From positions 25,711 to 89,710 of IMG/VR virus record IMGVR_UViG_3300043410_000715: 64,000 nucleotides of DNA, one strand, 5' to 3'. The stretch is from a virus. Its lineage: Duplodnaviria; Heunggongvirae; Uroviricota; Caudoviricetes. Position 1 is the first letter of the stretch; each line of letters begins with the position of its first letter. Below are positions 55,480-64,000 of the stretch, piece by piece. A program made the translations under genes and the position numbers. The notes beneath the pieces are model-generated. The model ran no database searches. It saw nothing but the letters and a program-made list of their open reading frames with translations, and had not been told where the DNA came from.

Positions 55480-58194
55480 TTAACCGAATGAGAATAAATC
55501 ATCAAATGTTGACTTAACATCAATGTTGTTTTTGATTTCCCAATCAAGTACACCTAATAAGTTTTCAATTTTTTCATCTACTAATGTTTGTTCCATTGCT
55601 TCGTCATCGAATGGCAAATCAATGAACCATTGTGGTAGTCGTAATTCGTCAGTTGGATATGCGATACTAGTAAATCCTAACGCATTGTTCTTCAACTTAC
55701 ATACAACTACCTTCATACCGTCAACGATTTTTTGACTGTATTGATCTCCGTTTACTCTGCGTAAATAGTTGTAATTCAATGCCGCACGAACGTGCCCGGG
55801 CATGTTCTCACGACCTTTTTTACTATTGGCTTCTAAGTCACCATAGTATGTAAGTTTGTTAACTGACTTGGGTGAACCTTTAGTCCAACTGTCTTGTGCT
55901 GATAATACTCGCTTAAAGTCTTTAACGACCTCAATGACCTCGTCACGTCCTTTACCTTCTTGTATTACCATACCCAATACTTGCATTAAGAAATCTTGTA
56001 CTTGTTTTGGAGTATCAGCACGTTTCAAGTCAAGACCCATAGCCTTGATATCACCGGCTTTACCGTCTTTGTCTTTACGCTTACCTTCTTTGTCAAAGAT
56101 GTTAATTGCATAACGCTTCTTTGTGATGAAGATACTGCGATCACCGATCAATTCACGACCAGCTTTAATAATCTCACCATTCCTGCGAGGAGCATGAAAT
56201 GCTTTCTCCATGAATGCTGGGAAACTATTGTTTGCTTCATCAGCAATTGAATCATACAAGCCGATGCAAGTTTCTTTATCCCATGCCATTTCACCATTTT
56301 GTATTTGTGTTCTGAGAGCAGGATATGCAGAGAAATAACACGAGTCAGTGTCACCATATACAATTGCTTCACCTTCGTGTGTATACTCTCCGGTAACTAC
56401 ACTATTGATTTGGCTCATCATGTGTCTAACAATTTGACGACCTGACAATGTAACTGACTGACCAATACGCTTGTCATAGAAACGACAGTGTTCGTTCAAC
56501 AATGCACCATAAGCACTGTTCAATAAAATCTTACGAACCAATTGACGCTTATCGTAATATTCACGATCCTGATCGGTTGTCGCTTCCTTCACTTGTTTCT
56601 GAATAGATTTACGTTCAGTGTACCAACGTGAAAGCAGTCCAGGAATGACACCTTCTTTTTCATAAGTAAAGATTGTGCCGTTTGCTGACAGCATCCATGG
56701 GCGATGACTATCAAATACCATCTTCCATATTTCTGCCGCAGACATTTCTTCACTATGACCATCTTCATAGTCAACATAAAGCATAGTGCCACGCTCTTGG
56801 TTCATAATTGCTGTGTACTCTAAAGCACCAAACAAGTTTTCCCATAGAATCGCACCCCACACTTCATCACCTTCTTTAGCACGTTTCTTTGCGGCACCTA
56901 ATCGTTGTGCCTTTTCTTTCATGTACTTGTCGGTGAGTGTTTGTCTGACTTGGGCAACAATAGTTTCGCCCGCCATGTTGAGCGCCCGGATGACTGAGGG
57001 GTAGAGTGAGTTAATATCGACTGCCCCGACCCATTCGTGCATTCCTCTTTTCGGCGTAGCAACATAGGCACCTGCCGCTTGTTGTTCATCATCGTCATTT
57101 TCAACCTTTCTTTTCTTATCAGGAACTACTAAACCTCTTGCATGTGCTTCGTTGTAGATTGCCATTTCAATCATAGCAACAGAGCCCATAACTGTTGGCA
57201 AGAGAACTGTGTTCTCATGCGCCAATGCGTTTGCTAAATCTAAGAATTTAAGTTTGTTGTGAATTTTAACCAACAACATCGTATCTTGTCTGTTATACTC
57301 TAAGAACTTGAGCCAGTCCTTGTTGTATAGTTGATCCAACGTACCTTCGTATTGTGTCTTGTTCTCACCGACTTCCATTTCACCAATGAAGTCTAGTTTA
57401 TAACTATGGCGTGATTCATAGTTGTACTTTTTATACAACTGTAAATAGTCCATGTGAATGCGACCAACCAAATCGTATGTTTGTTCTTCTTTACCGAAAC
57501 GTTCATACATTCTTGGTTTAGGAAGTTGACCCATTAAACAAAATCTGCGTGTGTCATCTTTGCTCATTACTCGTGTAACACGATTGACCATGTATGGAAT
57601 ATCATAGCCTTCTGAGTTCCAACCCGTCAACACATCTGCATCTTCAATCAGCATAAAGAATGTATCAAACATATCTTTTTCAGTATCAAAGATTAAACAA
57701 TTTTCAAACTGACTTGCAATTTCTTGTGCTGTTTCTTTACTCATGTGCTTAGGTGGAATACACAATGTTACCAATGTGTCTTGCCAATCCAAATACAATG
57801 AGATAGCAGTTACTGGGTTGAATGGGTCGTTCGTAGGACTAAAGCCTTTATCAGGGTCAAAGTCTACCTCAATGTCAAAGAAGCATGTGTGTAACTTAGG
57901 TGGTTCAACACCTAAATAGTTATCACTTAAGCAACGAAATACTACGTTAATGTCACTCTCATAAAGAGGTTTACTATTGTAGATACGTCTTTCTTTTTCA
58001 AATTCACTACGCTTGCGTGTACTGAAACGAGAAACAGGTTCGCCGTAGATACTACGTTGCTTACCCTTTGAATCGGGATAATAAAAAACATAATTAGCAG
58101 GGTAATCTTTATATTGTCGTTTACCATTAGGATCACGTTCGACTACGTATACACGATCCTCGTCCCTGCTGTGAACAGCATCAACGTAACTCAT
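55480..58194 (-). CDS. family B DNA polymerase (T4 gp43-like) with 3'-5' exonuclease domain
   Basis: 904 aa. Exo motifs FDIE (Exo I) and YNRQD (Exo III). Pol motifs DINSLYPS (motif A), KILLNSAYG (motif B) and YGDTDS (motif C). Confidence 0.9.
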   Translation of the reverse strand: MSYVDAVHSRDEDRVYVVERDPNGKRQYKDYPANYVFYYPDSKGKQRSIYGEPVSRFSTRKRSEFEKERRIYNSKPLYESDINVVFRCLSDNYLGVEPPKLHTCFFDIEVDFDPDKGFSPTNDPFNPVTAISLYLDWQDTLVTLCIPPKHMSKETAQEIASQFENCLIFDTEKDMFDTFFMLIEDADVLTGWNSEGYDIPYMVNRVTRVMSKDDTRRFCLMGQLPKPRMYERFGKEEQTYDLVGRIHMDYLQLYKKYNYESRHSYKLDFIGEMEVGENKTQYEGTLDQLYNKDWLKFLEYNRQDTMLLVKIHNKLKFLDLANALAHENTVLLPTVMGSVAMIEMAIYNEAHARGLVVPDKKRKVENDDDEQQAAGAYVATPKRGMHEWVGAVDINSLYPSVIRALNMAGETIVAQVRQTLTDKYMKEKAQRLGAAKKRAKEGDEVWGAILWENLFGALEYTAIMNQERGTMLYVDYEDGHSEEMSAAEIWKMVFDSHRPWMLSANGTIFTYEKEGVIPGLLSRWYTERKSIQKQVKEATTDQDREYYDKRQLVRKILLNSAYGALLNEHCRFYDKRIGQSVTLSGRQIVRHMMSQINSVVTGEYTHEGEAIVYGDTDSCYFSAYPALRTQIQNGEMAWDKETCIGLYDSIADEANNSFPAFMEKAFHAPRRNGEIIKAGRELIGDRSIFITKKRYAINIFDKEGKRKDKDGKAGDIKAMGLDLKRADTPKQVQDFLMQVLGMVIQEGKGRDEVIEVVKDFKRVLSAQDSWTKGSPKSVNKLTYYGDLEANSKKGRENMPGHVRAALNYNYLRRVNGDQYSQKIVDGMKVVVCKLKNNALGFTSIAYPTDELRLPQWFIDLPFDDEAMEQTLVDEKIENLLGVLDWEIKNNIDVKSTFDDLFSFG

Positions 58195-58454
58195 TAAACA
58201 GTTTTACCAACGGTTTCTAAAATTGTGTTAAGTTCTTCGTTTTCTGCGTTTGTTTGTGTTAGGCTTGCTTTGTGTGCAACACGAATAGCCTTTTTGAGTA
58301 CAGAAGGTTTGACTTCTAGTTCTTCTGCGATTGCTTTAATTGTATCGTTTAGACCTTCATTCAACGTATCAATCTCATGTAATACGGTCATGCCTTCATT
58401 AACAAGTTGTGTTAATTTGATTTTCTGGTCACCACTAAACATTTTTGCTGTCAT
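58194..58454 (-). CDS. hypothetical protein
   Basis: 86-aa ORF. ATGA overlap with the polymerase start. Confidence 0.5.
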   Translation of the reverse strand: MTAKMFSGDQKIKLTQLVNEGMTVLHEIDTLNEGLNDTIKAIAEELEVKPSVLKKAIRVAHKASLTQTNAENEELNTILETVGKTV

Positions 58455-58476
58455 AAATATCTCCTAAAGAAGTAGT

Positions 58477-58506
58477 TAGTATATATGAGCAACGCAACAA
58501 AGTCAA
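58477..58506 (-). promoter_or_regulatory. sigma70-type promoter TTGACT-N18-TATACT
   Basis: Minus strand reads TTGACTTTGTTGCGTTGCTCATATATACT, upstream of 58194-58454 and the polymerase gene. Confidence 0.45.
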
Positions 58507-58530
58507 ACTTTTTACGTAAGTTATTTGACC

Positions 58531-59109
58531 TTATTGAAAGATTTCTGGGTGTTCTTTACCAAATATTTTCATGTACTTGCCTGCCATCATGTCGGCTTCG
58601 GCTTCAATGGGTGAGCCAGGATAGCTGTCACCATGTTGAATCATATTCAATTCACCTTGACGAACGTGTACTAGTTCGTGGAATACGGTACGCATGATAT
58701 CTACCATATTTCGGTTCTTTGCGTAAACCCAAACTTTGTTATCCCCATCAGTATGACGACCAGTGTGGTGTCCTTCTTGTGCTTCTTCTGTGTCGTAGCT
58801 GAATTCAATTTCGGGATTAGTTTTTAAATGTAGAATGCTTGATGACCATTTAATGAATTTCTGCATTAGTGGGTCATTGTTTAAATCTTTTTCACCTGCT
58901 TCATCTAATTTAGATTTAATCCATGAATCTGGATTTGTACCATACTTACGAACAAATATATCATGTAATGCTTTACCCGTGATGCGATGTTTTTTAGCAA
59001 TCTGTTGCATCAACTTATCAATGGTATTATAGTCGTGTTTAGTAAGCGAAGGTAATTTTTTCGCTAATTCACTGGCTGCAGATTCGGGTACAAAATTTTC
59101 AGATAGCAT
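58531..59109 (-). CDS. putative zinc metallopeptidase (HExxH)
   Basis: 192 aa. VFHELVHVRQ motif. Confidence 0.5.
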   Translation of the reverse strand: MLSENFVPESAASELAKKLPSLTKHDYNTIDKLMQQIAKKHRITGKALHDIFVRKYGTNPDSWIKSKLDEAGEKDLNNDPLMQKFIKWSSSILHLKTNPEIEFSYDTEEAQEGHHTGRHTDGDNKVWVYAKNRNMVDIMRTVFHELVHVRQGELNMIQHGDSYPGSPIEAEADMMAGKYMKIFGKEHPEIFQ

Positions 59110-59330
59110 TAGAATGTTTCCGTAAAAATTTCAACACCATCTTCCAGATAAGTGCGTGAGGTGATTTGTTCTTCTACGATCCAGCGTGAATACAATTCTA
59201 GTTTTTCAGGAGTCAATTCTTCAACCATATAAATGTCTAATTCTTCTTCAGATAATTTGGTCATGGCCCAATCATGCCATGATAAAAAATTCTCTGCGTT
59301 TGATGTATAGATGTGTTCTTTTGTTTCCAT
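59109..59330 (-). CDS. hypothetical protein
   Basis: 73-aa ORF. Confidence 0.45.
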   Translation of the reverse strand: METKEHIYTSNAENFLSWHDWAMTKLSEEELDIYMVEELTPEKLELYSRWIVEEQITSRTYLEDGVEIFTETF

Positions 59331-59434
59331 AAATAGTCTCCGATAGAGTATTTATCAGAAATGCTCACTTTGGCAACATGGGTAGCGAATCCTGTTACTC
59401 CGCCAGCAGCCGGCGACACGGCCCTAAGGTGTGT

Positions 59435-60121
59435 TCAGAACCAAGATTTCTCAGTCAACTCAAGCTCGTGACTGCCAAATCTTTTCAATCTATTTAAAAA
59501 CTCTGTAGTTTTAGGAGTAATTACACCCGTCATTTGAAACGTAACTCTAGGATTGTGTCCTGCGTTTGCAGTACTATGTGGTAGATTTTGCCAATCAAAT
59601 GTTGTCAAATCACCAGCATGCCACTGCTGATGTAGATAATTACCATAACTCCAGAAATGCCCTGGCTCCCAGTCAGTCAATGCTAATTGAATTCGCATAA
59701 CTGTGTACGGCGCCTCAGGTGCCCACTTTTCTAACTTATCTAAATGTAAGTTCCATACTTCGCCAGGCATCTGAACGTGGATACGATTCATACAATCTTG
59801 CAATCCAAACAAGTCACTAATCTTTTGTAATTTTTCAGGTATAGTCCAATTTAAATGAGTGATTGTATAATCTTTACCATAACCCGAACGTTCTAAGTCA
59901 TAATCTTCTGCGGCTAGTTCTTCTTCAGGTCTAACTTTGCCTACAGCACCTCTAGTACGCCACGTTGCTGGTTTTGCATTTTCAATGATTGCTTCTAGTT
60001 CAGGTTTAAAGTCTGCAATAATCTTACCTAACTTAATAACCTTGTCTTGTTCAGGATCATTTTTGAAACTATCAAAGTGATAGTTGCTACGAATTTTAGT
60101 AGAGTCCCAACTTGATTTCAT
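59435..60121 (-). CDS. hypothetical protein, possible cupin/2OG-oxygenase-like (HxD ... HxxR)
   Basis: 228 aa. NLHLDK and AGHNPRVTF spaced like an AspH-type facial triad. Weak. Confidence 0.45.
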   Translation of the reverse strand: MKSSWDSTKIRSNYHFDSFKNDPEQDKVIKLGKIIADFKPELEAIIENAKPATWRTRGAVGKVRPEEELAAEDYDLERSGYGKDYTITHLNWTIPEKLQKISDLFGLQDCMNRIHVQMPGEVWNLHLDKLEKWAPEAPYTVMRIQLALTDWEPGHFWSYGNYLHQQWHAGDLTTFDWQNLPHSTANAGHNPRVTFQMTGVITPKTTEFLNRLKRFGSHELELTEKSWF

Positions 60122-60741
60122 ATTACTTTTACCTCTATATCTTGTTCTGTGTAATTTTGATTATATTCGACTGGCGGACTACTGATCCCTAGATTCAATG
60201 CAAGTCTTTGGTTTGAATAAACAATGAAGCCATCATGTTTTTCCCATGCTGTTTCGATACCTGCATTTTGTCTAGCGATGATTTTAGCCATCATTTTCAA
60301 ATCAATATAGTACTTATCATAACTGGGATATGTAATGTTAAAATGACCGCACTTAACCCACCAGCCAAGGCATGAATCATCACTGCGATGAACTAATACT
60401 ATAGGACATTCAGGCCACAACTCTTTTAGATATTGAATGTTTTCATAATAACTAAAGATGTGGCTCTTAATGATACGAACACCCTCACCTGAGAATGGTT
60501 TATCAAAAAGTTCTTCTGCTTGTTTTTTAGTCAATGTAGACATTGATTCAGGCAAATCAAATTCCATGCCTGGATCAAAGTATGCACCTAAATGCATTAA
60601 CTGCATAGTACCACTAGCATCATGGTAGTATGTGCGCTCGTCACTATAATCACTACGGTCGATGCTAGGGCTGTAGTAAATGTTCTTTACTACACTTGAC
60701 CACTTACTACCCGGGGCACCTGCTACAAATATGTATTTCAT
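60118..60741 (-). CDS. P-loop-like protein, paralogue family (possible sulfotransferase fold)
   Basis: 207 aa. N-terminus IFVAGAPGSKWSSVVKNI. Confidence 0.5.
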   Translation of the reverse strand: MKYIFVAGAPGSKWSSVVKNIYYSPSIDRSDYSDERTYYHDASGTMQLMHLGAYFDPGMEFDLPESMSTLTKKQAEELFDKPFSGEGVRIIKSHIFSYYENIQYLKELWPECPIVLVHRSDDSCLGWWVKCGHFNITYPSYDKYYIDLKMMAKIIARQNAGIETAWEKHDGFIVYSNQRLALNLGISSPPVEYNQNYTEQDIEVKVI

Positions 60742-61313
60742 AAGTCCTCAATTAAGTCTAATATGTATTGTCGTGTATGTATGTTGACTTCACGTTCTGG
60801 ATGCCAACCGATACCCAACATTCTATTTGACTTATTTAACGCCAATTCTACGATACCATTTTTATCTTGCTGTAATATTTCAAATCCAGGAGCAACTGTA
60901 TCAAGTTGAATAGTATGATGACAAGTAACTTCAAACTGTGGTAACTCTACTTTAACATTGTCGTATGGATTATCCATTAACTTATGTGTGCCACCCATAA
61001 CATGATTAATGAAATGAGCACCACGACAGATACCCATAACAGGAGTATTAGTCAATAAACATTGTTGAATCAAGCTATGTTCATAGTGGTCACGCAATGG
61101 GTAATGATTGTCACGCCATGTTTTAATGCCGGGCATATCATTACCACCTGCTAATATGATTAAGTCAAACTCATCTGTTTGTGGCACAACACCATGACAG
61201 CATAACGGAACAATTTCATGTCCTGCTAGAAAGTCATACCATTCGTAATTAATAGCCGCATGCCACGTATCACGTAACTTGCGGGTCATTTCCATTGATA
61301 AACCTATTTTCAT
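60738..61313 (-). CDS. class I glutamine amidotransferase-like / gamma-glutamyl hydrolase family protein
   Basis: 191 aa. Nucleophile elbow GICRGAH. His (CHHT) and Glu (WHPE) follow downstream in the arrangement of peptidase C26 / PuuD-type enzymes. Confidence 0.65.
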   Translation of the reverse strand: MKIGLSMEMTRKLRDTWHAAINYEWYDFLAGHEIVPLCCHGVVPQTDEFDLIILAGGNDMPGIKTWRDNHYPLRDHYEHSLIQQCLLTNTPVMGICRGAHFINHVMGGTHKLMDNPYDNVKVELPQFEVTCHHTIQLDTVAPGFEILQQDKNGIVELALNKSNRMLGIGWHPEREVNIHTRQYILDLIEDL

Positions 61314-62269
61314 TCTGGTTTAATCTTTCGTGCAAATGGTTGCCATTGTTGACGCAATCGTGTCATACTAGCACGAATACCTTCAGGGCTATGTTCATCT
61401 GGGCTAATAAAAATAAAGTTCTTATCAAATTGTTCTTTAACTTCTTTACTGCGTATGGCAGGGACAAAGTTATTACGATACCAATCTTGTATTTCTTGTG
61501 GTGTACCTTTTGGTAGCATCAAGTTCCAGCAAGCATAAACATTTAAACCCGGAACATAATCTTTCATTAGTGGTGTCTTTTCGAATCCCGCAATAGGCAC
61601 TTCGCTTGCTAATCCTATTAGTTTTAGTTTACCTGCTTGTACCATTGGTGCACCCACAGCAATTGGAAACACCCCAAACTCCATATGCCCAGCTAACACA
61701 TCGGTCATCGCTTGTGCTGGACCTTTGTACAAGCTGGTTTCTACTGTGTCTTTAACGGGCTTTACACCTGCTACAAAGTATTCAACTGCTAGTTTGTGTG
61801 CCGCGCCACCTACAGCAAATGTAATTGGACGCTTGCCTGCACGAACCTCATCAATCAGTTTCTTTGGTGTATCAATGTCACTTTTAATTCTAGCGTAGAA
61901 TGCTAGTGGTGCTTTACCAATGTTAGCTACACCTTCCCAAGCCATAGCATCAAATTTAACACTATCAGCATACCAAATCTCTGCTGTTACAAACGTTGAT
62001 TGACAGCTTGGCATAGCAACATGATGACCATCTGCCGGCAGTGTGTTAAAATAATTCATGCCGATATTGCCGTCAGCTCCAGGTTTGTATTCCGGTGCCC
62101 ATTTAAATGATGGGTTTTTTTCTTCTACAATTTTTGCTACGATACGATAACTGATTTCGTTACCTGCTCCCGGTCCATTTGGAAATACAACTGTTACGGG
62201 TTTTGTTGGTTGCCATGCGAATGATGACAGAGTGAATAGTGTGAGTAGTGTGCCTAATATTTTTTTCAT
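61310..62269 (-). CDS. tctC: TctC/Bug-family periplasmic substrate-binding protein (tripartite tricarboxylate transporter component)
   Basis: 319 aa with signal peptide. Bug-family blocks (PNGPGAGNEI...VAKIVEE, GAAHKLAVEYF, GKLKLIG). Confidence 0.7.
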   Translation of the reverse strand: MKKILGTLLTLFTLSSFAWQPTKPVTVVFPNGPGAGNEISYRIVAKIVEEKNPSFKWAPEYKPGADGNIGMNYFNTLPADGHHVAMPSCQSTFVTAEIWYADSVKFDAMAWEGVANIGKAPLAFYARIKSDIDTPKKLIDEVRAGKRPITFAVGGAAHKLAVEYFVAGVKPVKDTVETSLYKGPAQAMTDVLAGHMEFGVFPIAVGAPMVQAGKLKLIGLASEVPIAGFEKTPLMKDYVPGLNVYACWNLMLPKGTPQEIQDWYRNNFVPAIRSKEVKEQFDKNFIFISPDEHSPEGIRASMTRLRQQWQPFARKIKPE

Positions 62270-62282
62270 TTGTTCCTCGTTT

Positions 62283-62306
62283 AAAAAGGGGAGTGATTAG
62301 CTCCCC
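62283..62306 (-). terminator. rho-independent terminator (GGGGAG-n7-CTCCCC followed by U-tract on the minus strand)
   Basis: Minus strand reads GGGGAGCTAATCACTCCCCTTTTT, between the ferritin-like gene stop and the tctC start. Confidence 0.5.
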
Positions 62307-62314
62307 AAATAATA

Positions 62315-63013
62315 TTACCAACCGTATGCTTCGGTTACTAATTTCTTACCTTCTGCGTTTGCAGAAGTGTTCTTGCATGAAATCTCATACAAATCTTTAC
62401 GCATGTTAGCAACTAGTGCCTCAATACGTGCCTGTGTCTCAGCATCGCCAACAAACTTCTCTAGTGAGCGAGCACCGATGTTAGCGTGGAAACCTTCATC
62501 TTTGGCAATCTTACGATATGCACTACTGATGAAACTATCTTCAATGCAATCAGCCATTTGATTCCAAACTGCTTCAGCACGACCTTCAGCAACTAACTGA
62601 TATGCGGCTAATGCGGCTGCATCTGTTTCTGCTTCGTACTTAGCTAATAGTGATGCACCCTTCGCTGTATTAGCTTTTGCTTCGTCAGCAATTGCTTTTT
62701 CAACGTCTAGTTTTTCACCACTGATGTGCTCAATAACTTCCTTAACTAAACGGAAGTGTACAGCTTCATCGTGTGCTTGTTGTGTCAACAACTGTAGTTC
62801 TACTGGGTCTGTGTCTGCTGGTAAATTTGCGATTGTTTGGCTGATTTCAACCATGTTCATACGCTCGTTAACCATACGACCAACGAAGTGGTCTACCAAT
62901 TCTTGTTGGCTTGGCTTGCTGTCAAAGTAGTCTTTAACGTTAAGTTGTGAAGCCTTGAATAGAGCTTGGTTGTCGTCAACAATCTTCTGAACGAATTGTT
63001 TTGATGTTAGCAT
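62315..63013 (-). CDS. ferritin-like / heme-oxygenase-like di-iron protein (function unknown)
   Basis: 232 aa, all-alpha. Paired E...H motifs (DEAVHF, DEGFHA) are spaced like di-iron carboxylate sites. Confidence 0.5.
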   Translation of the reverse strand: MLTSKQFVQKIVDDNQALFKASQLNVKDYFDSKPSQQELVDHFVGRMVNERMNMVEISQTIANLPADTDPVELQLLTQQAHDEAVHFRLVKEVIEHISGEKLDVEKAIADEAKANTAKGASLLAKYEAETDAAALAAYQLVAEGRAEAVWNQMADCIEDSFISSAYRKIAKDEGFHANIGARSLEKFVGDAETQARIEALVANMRKDLYEISCKNTSANAEGKKLVTEAYGW

Positions 63014-63113
63014 CGGGATCTCCTTTTATTTTAATGCTGTTAAGTAGAGATAAGTATATTTATAAAAATTTGTTATCCATACAAATTATTTATCAAAATA
63101 ATGAAATTTTTCT

Positions 63114-63833
63114 ATGAACACTAAAATTTTTAACCTACTAGTGAAAAATTTGCAACAGTCGTTTAATTTACCAAAGTATGCAAGTATTTCAATTGACGAA
63201 AACACCGTGGTAGATCAACTACCATGGACTCCTGCACGTTATCGCAAGTTCAAAGATGCTGTAGAAGCTGAATTGAGCTTACCATGTGATTATGTGGGAA
63301 CTATAAAAGAGATTACACACGATTTAAGTGAACGATACATTAATCGCTTTTTCGGGGAAATCTGGAAACCTAGGACTAATGATTATGATTACACTGGCTG
63401 GCAACTTGCTGAAGAAATTAATGCGCTTTCTCCGAGGTCCGTCCTCGATGTGGGATGCGGATACCATCCATTTAAGGGCAGAATACACAATTTGGTCGGC
63501 ATCGATCCTTATAACAACTGTGCTGACTACATGGTGGATATTCTTGATTACGTGGGAAGTCACGATGTTGTGGTGGCACTCGGATCTATCAACTTTAATT
63601 CACGTGATGAAATCGAATCTCGCTTCGCAAGGTGTGTAGAATTACTAGACAAAGGTGGAAAGTTCTATCTACGTGCTAATCCTGGAATCACACATAAAAC
63701 AGGACCATACGTTGATATCTTCCCGTGGTCGTTTGAAGTTGTAAAAGAGTTTGCTGACAAGTACAATCTAAAACTAGAAACGTTTAAGAAAGACGCTAAC
63801 GATAGATTATACTTTGTCTACACTAAACTTTAA
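63114..63833 (+). CDS. class I SAM-dependent methyltransferase
   Basis: 239 aa. Motif I VLDVGCGYHPF. Acidic residue after beta-2 (GIDPY). Rossmann-fold MTase topology. Confidence 0.65.
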   Translation: MNTKIFNLLVKNLQQSFNLPKYASISIDENTVVDQLPWTPARYRKFKDAVEAELSLPCDYVGTIKEITHDLSERYINRFFGEIWKPRTNDYDYTGWQLAEEINALSPRSVLDVGCGYHPFKGRIHNLVGIDPYNNCADYMVDILDYVGSHDVVVALGSINFNSRDEIESRFARCVELLDKGGKFYLRANPGITHKTGPYVDIFPWSFEVVKEFADKYNLKLETFKKDANDRLYFVYTKL

Positions 63834-64000
63834 TCTTGTGCGTTTGCACCGCACTTAGCACGTTTTGCTTTTGTGAGTGCGCCATAGTCAACGGGCCATT
63901 CTTGGCCCGGTCCTATTTCTTTTGCATTAGCAGGGTATGCAAACTTAACTCCTGCATATTCTTGTATCTGTTGAATAGGTGCTCTGAACTTTGTTAAGTC
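63830..64000 (-). CDS. hypothetical protein, 3' portion only (gene continues beyond window end)
   Basis: Open minus-strand frame from the window edge to a TAA at 63830-63832. It is convergent with the methyltransferase and shares its stop (TTAA). Confidence 0.4.
   Translation of the reverse strand, partial: DLTKFRAPIQQIQEYAGVKFAYPANAKEIGPGQEWPVDYGALTKAKRAKCGANAQD

Noticed and set aside
59370-59425. Possible tRNA in the GC-rich intergenic segment (GGTAGCGAATCC resembles a T-arm)
   Set aside because: Manual folding on both strands did not give a complementary T-stem or a 7-bp acceptor stem ending in NCCA. Kept only as an unexplained structured region.
506-63639. Numerous six-frame ORFs antisense to or nested within the calls above (for example 506-706+, 1199-1459+, 3990-4367+, 6336-6593+, 11300-11659+, 14730-15200+, 42874-43191-, 45296-45628-, 58485-58697+, 63324-63563-)
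   Set aside because: They lie opposite or out of frame to ORFs with recognisable domains or consistent operon organisation. They lack Shine-Dalgarno sequences and have skewed low-complexity composition.
1-64000. CRISPR arrays, integrase/transposase genes, rRNA
   Set aside because: No direct-repeat/spacer periodicity was seen. No tyrosine/serine recombinase or DDE motifs were seen. No rRNA-like conserved segments were seen.

Overview
This window looks like a densely packed, AT-rich section of a large T4-like myophage, with genes almost entirely on the minus strand. Four small plus-strand islands interrupt this, at 8908-9920, 28363-28845, 35674-39825 and 63114-63833.

The replication core is recognisable. 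It comprises a family-B DNA polymerase with a YGDTDS motif, a candidate gp45-like sliding clamp directly downstream of it, a T4-type RNase H / 5'-3' exonuclease, and an ATP-dependent DNA ligase with a KLDGVRA motif.

The auxiliary gene load is unusually large:
- A ClpP-ClpS-Hsp20-bS21-ClpX cassette.
- A UvdE-type UV damage endonuclease.
- An SPFH/band-7 protein.
- An Fe/Mn-SOD-like protein next to a radical-SAM enzyme.
- A GNAT acetyltransferase.
- Metallophosphoesterases.
- A TctC-type periplasmic binding protein, followed by a GATase1-like hydrolase and a ferritin-like di-iron protein.
- A roughly 16 kb block (39.8-55.4 kb) that interleaves 7-deazaguanine (queuosine-precursor) genes with sugar-nucleotide and glycosyltransferase genes. 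The deazaguanine genes are FolE, QueD, QueE, a YhhQ-type preQ0 transporter and an oversized DpdA/TGT-like DNA transglycosylase. QueC is absent from this window.

The sugar genes are two RfaE/TagD-type nucleotidyltransferases, an NAD-dependent epimerase, two GT-B glycosyltransferases, a short SDR and a 2OG-Fe(II) oxygenase. This block is the best candidate for a non-canonical DNA hypermodification system.

At least 13 copies of a near-perfect sigma70-type promoter (TTGACA-N17-TATAAT) with a conserved spacer precede minus-strand genes, consistent with a family of early promoters. Several small hydrophobic ORFs below the 60-aa cutoff are translationally coupled to neighbouring genes by ATGA or TAATG overlaps.

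No rRNA, confident tRNA, CRISPR array or transposase was found.
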